Notes: generated by a model from the letters alone, not told the origin. Counted from the first letter of the stretch, positions 13,482 through 25,099 are shown. The stretch: 64,000 nucleotides of DNA from Octopus vulgaris (GCA_951406725.2 OX597818.1:103664001-103728000); one strand, 5' to 3'. Translations and numbers: made by a program.

Positions 13482-15425
13482 GATTTTGATTTTTCCAGTT
13501 TCAGCTAATGAGCTGTGGCCATGCTGGGGTACCGCCATTTGGTTTGCTACACGATTTTACCTCACGGATGCTTTGTAGCAAACGCCATCTGATGCATGAG
13601 AGAGTTCGATGCAGCTGCCCTCATCTGCACCTCCTGCCGTGAAGTTGGTTCATCCGGGACACCTGACAGGAAGAGATCCAGTCTTACTTTAAAGACATCC
13701 GCATCCACACCATGCAGGTCCCTCAGGTTCTTTGGGAGGATTTTGAAGAGCTGTGGGCCTCTGAAGCCCAGGCTATCACAATATCTTGTCCTACATCTTG
13801 ATGGCAAATTTGGAGTCCTTGGTACTCCGCAGTGGCGTCCGGTTCTGGCATTTGTGTGACTCTCGATGCCAAAGTCTGGGACAAGTCCTTCCAGGATCTT
13901 CCAGATATATATTATGGCATATCTTTCTCGCCTACGCTCCAGGGAATAGAGCTTTAATCTCTTGAGTCTTTCCCAGTAGCTCATATGTTGCACAGAGGCT
14001 ATCTTCTTCGTGTAGCTTCGTTGGATCGCCTCAAGTTCTGTGATCAACTTGACACTGGATGGTGACCATAGCTGAGAGCAATAGTCAAAGTGGCTTAGGA
14101 TAAGTGTCTTCCAGAGGACCATCATGGTTTTTGTTCTCTTGTTCTAAAGGTTCTAAGAATCCATCCAGACAGCCGTCTACATTTCATTGCCAGTTTAGCA
14201 ACATGTACATGAAAGGTCGCGTCATCACTCATGTGAATACCAAGGTCACGCACTGATTGTGCCTCTGGGATTGCAATCCCTCCGTGTCCAGTGTATTCAT
14301 TGGGTATTGCATTCAGTTTTGCATGCTGATAGTATAAAGCTTGAAACTTTTCAGCATTGAACTACATGCTATTCATTTCAGCCCACTTGTATATTTCGTC
14401 CAGCCCACTTGTATATTTCATCCAGCTCACATTGCAGGTGCTTAGTGCAGGTGCTCAGCAGCTGCCCTTTCAACAACATCATGTTGGCGGTTTGTGGCAC
14501 GCACCACATCTGCGTACCTCCGTTTTGGGGCAGGTGTTGCGTGGTCCATCCCTTTTCCTTGTGTTGATGGTTTGTTTATCTGTTTTCGTTTCGTGTCTCT
14601 GCGGCAGGGTCCCCGATGTGCAAAGCGGCAGCCTGCACCTTCCTCTCCATGCCAGCAGGTACCTCTCAGGTAGAACCTACACACCCGTGTGCGCTGTTTG
14701 TTTCCATCCCTTGCGGTTCCACTTCTATTCCTGGCTGTTTCACCCTTTGGTCCTGCTTGAGCTTTTCCTTTAGCTCTTTCAGTCCTTCTTTTAGTTCTTC
14801 CTCCCTCTACTTCTTCCCTGGGTTCTCCATCTCCATGGCCCTTGCTGCCGGTAGGAGCACTTGTACTTGGGTTCACTTCCCGGGCAGGTTTCTCGTTCAA
14901 AACCCCTTCCCGGGTGTCCACCAGGTGGGGGTGATTTCTTTCATCGTCTCCATCCTTGCCATCCTTGCCATCCTGTGAAACTTTTGTATCATCTGCATAA
15001 CTTGTGATCGTGGCTCTCTGCGTGGCTGAGGGCATGTCTGAGAGGGCCATTATGAACAGTAGTGGTCCCAAAACAGTGCCCTGCAGAACACCGCTCACTA
15101 TTTGCTACCACCTGACTTCTATTCTTCAGAAAGTCATGAAGCCATTCTCCCAATTTTCCAACTATGCCAAGATCACGCAGTTTGTGACATATCATTCTAT
15201 GATCGACTTTATCAAAGGCCTTTGCAAAGTCGAGATATATGACTTCCACATTTGAGTGGTTAAGCAGTTGTTTCAGCACCCAGTCATAGTGTTGTAGGAG
15301 CTGAGTTAAGCAGCTTCTTCCTAGTCGGAAACCATGTTGGGTGTCAGGCAGCAAGTCATTTTCTTCAAGGAAGGTGATTAGTTTCCTTCTGACTATTCGT
15401 TCCATGACCTTGCTGATGCCATCCT

Positions 15426-15430
<5 letters not shown>
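13476..15430 (-). mobile_element. 5'-truncated, rearranged CR1-clade LINE (RT domain to 3' tail)
   Basis: ORFs 14989..15405 (QHGFR..SCLTQLL..IYLDFAKAFDKVDH), 14442..15098 (SGVLQGTVLGPLLF..YADDTK) and 13562..14125 (YCSQLWSP..ELEAIQR..SYWERLKRLKLYSLERRR). The 3' end carries an (AAAATC)n tail. Confidence 0.92.
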
Positions 15431-15469
<39 letters not shown>

Positions 15470-15581
15470 CTACAATTATTTAAAAAAAACTTACAGTTCT
15501 ATATTTAAGAGATGAGGAATTATGTACATTAATTATATCATTTACGTTTGACGGATATTTGTCCTTATCTTGTTTGTTGTT

Positions 15582-15626
15582 AACACAATGTTTTCTGATA
15601 TATCCTCCCAGCCTTCATCAGGAGTC
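15582..15626 (-). ncRNA. Degenerate hammerhead motif within a PLE-derived repeat
   Basis: Minus strand GACTC-CTGATGA-AGGCTG...CAG-AAAA-CATTGTGTT. The CUGAUGA core is intact but the stem II/GAAA junction is damaged. Confidence 0.4.
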
Positions 15627-15750
15627 TTGGGGAAATTTCGAACCTTGGTATGTATGTGCGTATGTATATATATACCTATATATATATATATATATATATA
15701 TAGGAAAAAACAAGTCCAGATAGAAAATGCTAAAATAATTTTATAAAGAA

Positions 15751-15798
15751 CATTTCAGTACCGGTTTCGGTCATTTTGAAACCTTTTCAACTGTAACG
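15751..15798 (-). ncRNA. Type-I hammerhead ribozyme motif with a U3/A8 variant core
   Basis: Minus strand CGTTACAG-TTGAAAA-GGTT(TCAAAAT)GACC-GAAA-CCGG-TA-CTGAAATG. All three stems pair, stem III is palindromic, and the triplet is GUA. Confidence 0.6.
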
Positions 15799-16280
15799 AT
15801 TAAATAATTAAATTTAGAAAACTTAAAAGAAAAGTTTTTTTAAAGGAATATTTGTATAGTGTTCAAATATAAGTGGCATTCTGCCTTTCTCTGTCTCCCT
15901 TGTTTGCACTTGTGTGTTCGAGGTCGTTGTGAATTCTTGGTAGGGTAGAAGAAGAATAAGGTTGATAAGGAGAGGGGGTGGAAAAATTTGGGAGTGCCTT
16001 GATTGTGGTATTTTGAATGGTCAGTGACGGCTAGCAGCTGCAGTTCAATTCATGAGTATATTTCTATTGAAAGGTTTGTTTAGGGAATTTGCGTAGGTGT
16101 TATACTAAAAAGCATTAGTGATAAAGTTAAGAGGTAGAAGGTGGAGCAGAAGAAGAAGAAGAAGAAGAAGAAGAAGAAGAAGAAGAAGAAGAAGAAGAAG
16201 AAGCAGCAGAAGAAGAAGAATATGACGATGTTGATGATGATGATGATGATGGTGATATATATATATATATATATATATAT

Positions 16281-16697
16281 ACTCTTTACTCTTTACTCTT
16301 TTACTTGTTTCAGTCATGTGACTGCGGCCATGCTGGAGCACCGCCTTTAATCGAGTAACTCGACCCCGGGACTTATACTTTTGTAAGCCCAGTACTTATT
16401 TTATCGGTCTCTTTTGCCGAACGGCTAAGTAACGGGGACATAAACACACCAGCATCGGTTGTCAAGCAATGCTAGGGGGACAAACACAGACACACAAACA
16501 CACACACGTATACATATATATATATATACATATATACGACAGGCTTCTTTCAGTTTCCGTCTACCAAATCCACTCACAAGGCATTGGTCGGCCCGGGGCT
16601 ATAGCAGAAGACACTTGCCCAAGATGCCACGCAGAGGGACTGAACCCAGAACCATATGGTTGGTTAGCAAGCTACTTACCACACAGCCACTCTTGCG

Positions 16698-16700
<3 letters not shown>
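16281..16700 (-). mobile_element. tRNA-derived SINE family A, full length, with internal microsatellite
   Basis: Head AGGCGCAAGAGTGGCTGTGTGGTAAG...GGTTCAGTCCC with A/B-box-like motifs. Tail GGCGGTGCTCCAGCATGGCCGCAGTC..ACTGAAACAAGTAAAAGAGT. Other copies at about 16905-17057, 19978-20392, 24850-25290, 26868-27470, 29738-29842, 55970-56050 and 63044-63425. Confidence 0.85.
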
Positions 16701-16739
<39 letters not shown>

Positions 16740-16828
16740 TATATATATATAAATGCATGTATGTGCATAGATATATATGCATGCCTATATAGTCATACAT
16801 TTATATATGTATTGACACACACACACAT

Positions 16829-16883
<55 letters not shown>

Positions 16884-17119
16884 TGTATATGTGTGTATAC
16901 ATGGGCATCTTTCAGTGTCTTTCTACTAAATTCACTCATAAGGCTTCTGTTGGTGTGAGGCCTCACCAGAAGAGACTTGTGTAAGTTGCCATGCGGTGGG
17001 ACCGAACCAAGAATTGCGTACCTGCGAAGCAAGTTACTTACCACACAACCACGACTCAGACATTGGAATATAGTCCTCCCCTGTTTGATTGGCTATCTAT
17101 GACATAATGTTGCACTTAC

Positions 17120-17165
17120 CTTCTTTTGCCTCACGCATGTATACCTTAGCGTGTATTTCTACCAT
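17120..17165 (-). CDS. Candidate first coding exon (MVEIHAKVYMREAKE)
   Basis: AAAATGG start context and a consensus AG|GTAAGT donor in unique sequence. No homology recognised. Confidence 0.3.
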
Positions 17166-18463
17166 TTTCGGTATCTTCTAACTATTTCTTTCTATAACGT
17201 GCGACGTCCAAGCTATTCGAGTTGCTATACTGTGAGTTAAGTCGATGTTTGAAACTGTTTAAAACTGAACAATTATATAAATTATAGAAATTTCGCTTTT
17301 GTAAATATTTTACTCAAACCGATAGGAATTTGGTTACTGTATGAGCCTTCAAATATTTATTAATCGTTGGTATTTCATCTTGTAAAGCATCGTACAACTT
17401 TGTGGAATATTAGAAATTCCAAAATATGATTTGCAATGTCATATTTCATTTCTTTGATGCAGAATAATATTTTTCAAGAAATATCCTCATAAGATACCAT
17501 TATTTTGTCCTTGAGTTTACTTGCATTCCAATTGCTAAGAAAACAATGAAAGAGAGTGGAAATATATACTTATATTACATTAAATAAACGACATACATTA
17601 TCTCTTTGCTGTTAGCATTAAGAATTATATTCAATTATCTTGCGTAACATTTAGCAAACAGAAAGGCAGCTGTTCTTGGGCTAAAGTTGAAATACGAGCA
17701 GCTAAATTCCTAAGTTTTCTGGACGTTGCACTCTGCTTCCATTTATTAGGTAGCAATTGCAAAAACGAAAGTATAAAATTCGGAAATAGAACAAAAATTA
17801 TATAACATAATATACGGTATAAATACTTAATGATTAACGATATTTCCAAAACAGAAAAATATAGAAGACAGATTCAAATATATTTCTTTGGCTGAAACTC
17901 TTCCATGACAACACGGTTCACCACATCTTGCCAAAATATTAAGTAACGAATACTGAAGCACACATAGAGAAATGGATGCTTGCTCCATTTATGTTAACTA
18001 AAACGATTTAAAGCAGAATGAAAATGTGAAAAGAGTTATGTTATATTTACTAAATGTCTAATTTATGTACAAATATGTAATTTGATTACATAAAAACAGG
18101 TATTTTCTTAATCTACGAGCATGATTTTGTAATAAACTTCAAAAGAATTTATGCAACATTTATGCAATTTGTGTGTGAGTGCATATGTGTGTGTGTGTGC
18201 GTGCGTGTATATATTGTGCGTGTTATGTGTGTGTGCGTGTGTGTGTGTATATATACTGTGCGTATGTGTATGTGCGTATGTCTACGTGTAGATGAGTGTA
18301 AATTCCAAAGATATACAGCCATTGCTGGAAATAAAAAGTGAGTTTATGAAATTTTCAATTGGTTAGTTTCTAGACGTGCTAATATAAACGCATTCTCAAA
18401 CAAACCCTCCCAACACACAAGCACCCACAGCCTCTCTCTCTCACATACACACACACACACACA

Positions 18464-18507
<44 letters not shown>

Positions 18508-18897
18508 GACACGCAAACACGCAGAAACACGCACATAATCTTTACCAGATATGCTGTGGAATTTGCGTTATTGATCAAGTCAGAAAATTGTGACAAACTA
18601 ATCTAAAGAATCTGACACTTTAAAGCAGAAATTATCACAAAGAAATTAAAGTAATCCGAATGCAAGACGTTATCTATAAACTTTAATATCAGCAATGATT
18701 ATTCGAAGACGTAAACGTATTTCTTTTTTAAGTTTAAGAAGCAATATCCTATATACTAAATAACCACATAATACAATTCGTAAAAATGATTTAAGTACGT
18801 GTAGAATTAAAGGAGGTGTGTTTTGCCTTCTTGAGTGGTTTGCATTTTTTTTAAATATCAGATTGATCCTCTAGTCACAGCGATTTATTTATTATTA

Positions 18898-19467
18898 TAT
18901 TGGTTTATCTGGAAAGTTCGTGCCGATTTATAGCAGCTTACCTTTCGACTTATTTTAGAACTTTGTTGAGTCCATGAAATAGGATTTGACTGCACCTTCA
19001 TTTACAGCACAGTTGAAGCAATTTTTCGTGGAAGAAGGTTTATGTTCCTTATAACCTGTGTTAATTCTGTAACCCTTTGAAATGGAAGATAAGAAAGTTC
19101 ATTTTTGGCACTTGATGCTTTGGGAACCAGATAAAAATTGCTGCACCTCGGCTGGGATGTGTTACCCCACCCTCCATATTCACCAGATATTGCTCCTTCG
19201 GATTTCCACTTATTCAGGTCTCTGCAGAATAGTCTTAATGGTAAAAATCTCAATTCCTTGGGTGACGTAAAAAGATTCCTTGATGAATTCTTTGCCATGA
19301 AACCACCTCAAATCTGAGAAAAGGGTATTTTCAAGTTAAAGGAAAGATGGAGACGCATTGTACAACAAAATGGTTCATATTTGGTTGATTAAAAATGTAA
19401 TGGCAAGTATTTATTGACCTTTTTCTTTCTTTTAACAATCGGTACGATCTTTCCGGTCAATCCAATA
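18898..19467 (+). mobile_element. Internally deleted mariner (DD34D) element with terminal inverted repeats
   Basis: TIRs TATTGGTTTATCTGGAAAGTTCGTGCCGATT and AATCGGTACGATCTTTCCGGTCAATCCAATA. The interior translates WDVLPHPPYSPDIAPSDFHLFRSLQNSLNGK...LKERWRRIVQQNGSY. Confidence 0.88.
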
Positions 19468-19571
19468 TTTAAAAAAAATTGACTAAAAAACTTTTCAAGA
19501 TATTTCCTGGGATTGCACACAGATTTCTTCTCACTATTTGTGTGTGCTTGTGTATCTATGTGTGTGGTGTC

Positions 19572-19631
<60 letters not shown>

Positions 19632-19929
19632 GAGAGACAGTTTATGGTTTCGTGGTTTGTGTTTTACACTCATAATCACATGACCGGTGGTGCGTTGTGT
19701 TCTTCGCCACAACACATCCTTTTCTGTATTTCTCTTCCACTCAACTGCAGATAGGTAATCCTACGATGCAATGTCATTCCATATTTTCAGTACTGTGGAT
19801 CTGTTCAACTAGCGAGCAATGTGGCATCTTTCGAAATCTGTAATAATGCGAGGATGCGTATTACCATTAGCTGTGCATAACTGCGTCCGATATTCAGGCC
19901 AAAAGAGTGCAACAGTACTATAGTAATAC

Positions 19930-19977
<48 letters not shown>

Positions 19978-19979
<2 letters not shown>

Positions 19980-20392
19980 GTTTATTCTTTTATTTGTTTC
20001 AGTCATTTCACTGCTGCCATGCTGGGAGCACCGCCTCCAGTCGACCAAATCGACCCCAGGACTTATTTTTGTAAGTCTAGTAGTTACTCTATCGTTCACT
20101 TTTTGCCGAACAGCCGGGTTACAGGGACGTAAACACATCAGCATCAGTTGTCAAGCGATGGTGGGCAGACAAGCACCGACGAGCGTGCACACAAACACAC
20201 ACATACACATACATATAAACATATATATTACGGGCTTCTTCCAGTTTTTTCTCTACTGAATCTACTCATTTGGCCTTGGTCGGCCCGAGACTATGGTAGA
20301 AGACACTTGCGCAAAGTGTCAAGCAGTACGACTGAACCACTGAGCCATGTGGTTCGTAAGCCATCTACTTGCCACAGAGCCACTCCAGCTGG
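19978..20392 (-). mobile_element. SINE family A copy (diverged)
   Basis: Colinear with 16281-16700. Confidence 0.8.
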
Positions 20393-20494
20393 TCTGAAAT
20401 GTTATTTGAGGGCTCGGCAATGGGGAAAGTTGGCTGTGAAATGTGGTGTGTGTATTGACAGGACATCTATCATCTATGACGATGAAGCAATCAT

Positions 20495-20525
<31 letters not shown>

Positions 20526-20556
20526 AGCGAGAATGAAGCAACAAGAATGGATAGGT

Positions 20557-20647
20557 TTTTAGTACAATCGTTTCATACAAGGACAGGTTTTATTAAAAGT
20601 TGCAAAAATTACAGCATATAAACGTGTCCCGTACTCATCAGCTAAAA
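20557..20647 (-). ncRNA. Type-I hammerhead ribozyme (left arm)
   Basis: Reverse complement of 21680-21770. Confidence 0.75.
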
Positions 20648-21679
20648 TACATGTGAGTTCTCTAGACATCCTAGTGGTTGAGGCTATACTCATGAAGTAA
20701 TGTAGATAATTAAGTAACATAAACAGATTTCAAAAGTTCATTAAAGTTCTTTAAAGATGATGTACAGTCTTATCACAGAATTTTAAAAAAGTCTTAATAG
20801 CATCACAGAGAAGGTGACCTAATCCATAGTGCACATATGAATTTCCAGAGATATGATGAGGGATTACATACTCACAGAAGACAAATTTATCCATTGTTAA
20901 TTACAACGAGGTGGGTTTCAATTCCTGCTTCTTAGCATTACAGAGAGGGTGAATTAATCCTTTGTATAGATGCACAATTTCCAATGGTGTAGGTGTAAAT
21001 TTCCAAGGAATTTCATATTCACAGGCGATAAATTTATCAATGGTTGAACACAATGAGGTAGGTATCAATTCTTGCTATATGATTAGGTATTTGCCACATT
21101 AATCACATTACTGCTATTTACAAGAGGCTGTAGCTATTTAACTTTTAAAGGCTGAAGGGCTTACTAGAGCTGTATAGAATAGAAAAGTTAAATAGCTACA
21201 GCCTCTTGTAAATAGCAGTAATGTGATTAATGTGGCAAATACCTAATCATATAGCAAGAATTGATACCTACCTCATTGTGTTCAACCATTGATAAATTTA
21301 TCGCCTGTGAATATGAAATTCCTTGAAATTTACACCTACACCATTGGAAATTGTGCATCTATACAAAGGATTAATTCACCCTCTCTGTAATGCTAAGAAG
21401 CAGGAATTGAAACCCACCTCGTTGTAATTAACAATGGATAAATTTGTCTTCTGTGAGTATGTAATCCCTCATCATATCTCTGGAAATTCATATGTGCACT
21501 ATGGATTAGGTCACCTTCTCTGTGATGCTATTAAGACTTTTTTAAAATTCTGTGATAAGACTGTACATCATCTTTAAAGAACTTTAATGAACTTTTGAAA
21601 TCTGTTTATGTTACTTATTATCTACATTACTTCATGAGTATAGCCTCAACCACTAGGATGTCTAGAGAACTCACATGTA

Positions 21680-21770
21680 TTTTAGCTGATGAGTACGGGA
21701 CACGTTTATATGCTGTAATTTTTGCAACTTTTAATAAAACCTGTCCTTGTATGAAACGATTGTACTAAAA
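21680..21770 (+). ncRNA. Type-I hammerhead ribozyme (right arm) with long stem-loop II
   Basis: TTTTAG-CTGATGA-GTACGGGACA...TGTCCTTGTAT-GAAA-CGATTG-TA-CTAAAA. The core is canonical and cleavage is predicted after A21764. Confidence 0.75.
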
Positions 21771-21916
21771 ACCTATCCATTCTTGTTGCTTCATTCTCGC
21801 TTATAATCACCCCACATTACTGTATTGTTAAATCAGTATAGTTTTTTTGGTGCATCTAAGTTAGGTACCATATTCAAGTAAATTCATTTAAATTAACTTG
21901 AATCTTTATTGCTTTT

Positions 21917-21986
<70 letters not shown>

Positions 21987-22194
21987 TATATTTATATATA
22001 TGTATATATGTATATGTATAAGTATGTATCTCATATACACACAAATGCACGCGCAAACTCATTTGGGGTCACGTCACTTTATTATCTTCCATCGTTGCAA
22101 CCTCTTCTTTCAAACTCCATTTCTAACCTGTAGTCAAGCTTGAATGCTATATCTACAGAATGTTTTTCATTCTCTATGTTTTTTTTTCTCTTAT

Positions 22195-22233
22195 TCCTTT
22201 CTGTTGAAGAGCGTAGGCTCGAAACGTGAAGGA
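22195..22233 (+). ncRNA. Minimal hammerhead-like motif with variant core (CUGUUGA)
   Basis: TCCTTT-CTGTTGA-A-GAGC(GTAG)GCTC-GAAACGT-GAAGGA. It has A6 to U and a non-canonical cleavage position. Confidence 0.4.
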
Positions 22234-22334
22234 CTTTTCCAATTTTCATTTTCACGATCGTCAAATTAATTTACCTGCTTCTTGTTCATGCATCTGTCTT
22301 CATAATTTGTTTTTTCTATAAATTTCATATATAT

Positions 22335-22619
22335 ATGACTGACCATGGGATTGCACCTAGAATGTTACCCGCCCAGACGCAAGTGCTGGCAAAGTTGTTT
22401 ATGGCAGATCAGCAGTCGTCCATGCATACCAATCTCCCATCTCCACACCACCGATGTTATCCAAGGGAAAGGCTAGGGCCAATACAGCTTGGCACCTACT
22501 GGAACAACGTTAAATAAAGTGTCTTGCTCAAGAACACAAAACGTAGACCGGTTCGGAATTCGAACTCACAATCTCACGATCATAAACTCGATGCTGTAAC
22601 CACTAAGCTATGCGCCTTC
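22335..22619 (-). mobile_element. tRNA-derived SINE family D
   Basis: Head GAAGGCGCATAGCTTAGTGGTTACAGCATCGAG...GAGTTCGAATTCC, then TTGAGCAAGACACTTTA. Related to 48926-49245 and 56589-56845. Confidence 0.7.
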
Positions 22620-22628
22620 ACGTATATG

Positions 22629-22684
<56 letters not shown>

Positions 22685-22750
22685 CATATATACATACATG
22701 CATATACATATATACATACATGCATGCAAACATTATATATATATATATAT

Positions 22751-23352
22751 AATCAAAATGAGGGTGAAAAAATGTATATTAATTTAATAATATCAGTTTA
22801 ACACCAATGGTTTAACGCATAAAAAACTAAGATTCAGTAAATATTATTAATACATATATGAGAGGGAATCCACTAAAAGTGAGCTCCCTTACGCTAGCCA
22901 CTAAATGTTGTTCTCTATTAAATTAATATACAATTTTTCACCCTCATTTTAATTTTAATTCTTAATTAATATTGTTCTCAAACCGGCGTTAACTACTGCA
23001 GTGAATTGTTTTATGCGGTATTTATTTCCGGAAATTTGGCGCACTGAACGAGGGGAGGGCATTTGAATATAACAATGAATGTAATAGGCCGTACTGCTCG
23101 CATTTTTGGCCTCGTGTAAATATATGGCGTGCAGTTCGACAAATTATAATCTTGACAGACTCTACTGACGATCTACGAATTAATTGTGTAAGTAAAATTG
23201 CATAATTTATTAACAGTGAAACAATTGTATAGGGTTAATCTATATTGTTGTTATTTTCATTTGTCCGGCCCGCTTACGTTCATGGTGTTCTAAATTTTTT
23301 CTTGGGAACAACTTTTAGTGGCTAGCGTAAGGGAGCTCTCATATATGTATAT
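22751..23352. mobile_element. Second PLE pLTR-like insertion in (TA)n with interleaved inverted repeats
   Basis: 22751-22789 is inverted relative to 22916-22954, and 22881-22913 is inverted relative to 23306-23338. It contains the hammerhead at 23158-23236. Confidence 0.65.
23158..23236 (+). ncRNA. Type-I hammerhead ribozyme motif (CUGACGA core)
   Basis: GACTCTA-CTGACGA-(imperfect AU-rich stem II)-GAAA-CAATTG-TA-TAGGGTT. Stem III is palindromic. Confidence 0.6.
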
Positions 23353-23357
23353 AGATC

Positions 23358-23428
<71 letters not shown>

Positions 23429-24957
23429 GTGTGTGGGGGTTTGTATGTGTGTGTATTATTTAAAACAGGCTGATTGGTTTTATGCGGCTTGAATTTTCTA
23501 TGGTCTCTAACAGAAGCCGTCTCTTTCAGGCATTAGGTTATCGAATTCGGTAAACTAATGTGAAAAACAGACTGGCTTCTGTTAAAAGCCATTGAAACTT
23601 CAAGTCGCATGGAATCGAATCAAGTTGTTTTAAATAGGATATATAATTCCTAATAAATGCGTTGAATGCATTTTTTCTTTCGTCTGTCCACTCATTTGTA
23701 TACATATTTGCGTGTGTGTGCATGTATATGTGTGATGTGGTGGGGTGTCTCTGTCTGTGTGTACTACGTCGCTGCATATCAGCAAATGCACCTCATTCGT
23801 TCTGCATAAAAGTGATAGATCAACGATTCACATTGTTTCGAGCTGAACCTGTTACGTGGTATTGATAAGCCACAATAATGCCGGAATATCGATATCTACC
23901 ATTCTCGATGACTGCGTGGTGAGATGCCGCGCCTGCTCTGTGATACTCAAATGTTCTTTAACTCTCAGCGTCTTTTGCGGAGTTTTCCCGGCCGCTATCC
24001 GGCTGCGAACTGACATATAAACAAAATATATTTCATGGATAAAAACAGATGAGAAACGAAAGCTAAAATATTTGAATATACGTTGCGTATTGTCTGCAAG
24101 CATTCGAAACTCCGGTTTTGCATGCAAAGAAAGAAGAAAGAACGTCACTCGACATATATTTATTTGGAACACCAATTCATTATATACTTATGTATTTGAC
24201 ATCTTAAAATGTGCGAGAATACGGAAGTTTGCTCTGATTGAGCTGCTTGAAGACATTAAAGCCCTCAATTACGATTTAGACGGTGGCAATGAAATCTGAC
24301 CGTATCTCCATGATGCAGATTATAGCATCAACCGGCCTCTCAAAAGCTGGATAATTTCAGGTTTCAAATGCCGGCGATCAGCTCATAAAGTTGTGGCGAA
24401 TGTGTTCATCCGTCTGTTTTATATTCTCGGAGAGCATTACACTGGAACATTGAAAGCATTACGTTATTCATTAGGAAGGAAGACCTTACGTTGAACGTTT
24501 AACTCATTTAACGTCGAACACTTTCAGCAAAAGTTTTACACAAAATGAAAGTGTGATAAAGAAAATTGCTGCAGAGTCACCAGAAAAACCACCAGCCCAA
24601 GCAAGAAGAGAAGTATTAGCGCCATCATGAACGTTTTTGGCTCTAATTATGATATTCAGAAGAAATTTTATAAATCCTGTTCAGTTTTCAGCAACCATCA
24701 CCCCTTGCATATCAGGTTTAACGTAATAAAACAAACGTTTTTTTTTTGCTTTTATATTATGAATTGCCCATTCGTCCAGCTACATGAATTATTGTAAGTC
24801 ATGCATTGGGTAAATTGTACCATATTTTATGTAATATATATTATTTGCTTCCCAACCACATGTTCCGGGTTCAGTCTCACTGCGTTGCAACTCGGGCAAA
24901 TGTCTTCTATAATAAACTGGGCCTTTCAAAGACCTGCAAGTGAATTTTGGCTGATAG

Positions 24958-25032
<75 letters not shown>

Positions 25033-25052
25033 CTCTCTCTCTCACACTCACT

Positions 25053-25099
<47 letters not shown>

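Larger units (their letters stand above)
20522..21805. repeat. Near-perfect 1.28-kb inverted repeat (arms 20522-21146 and 21183-21805, 36-bp spacer), PLE pLTR-like, inserted in (TA)n
   Basis: The arms are reverse complements, and I saw only two 1-bp indels by eye. Each arm carries a hammerhead motif near its outer end. Confidence 0.95.
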
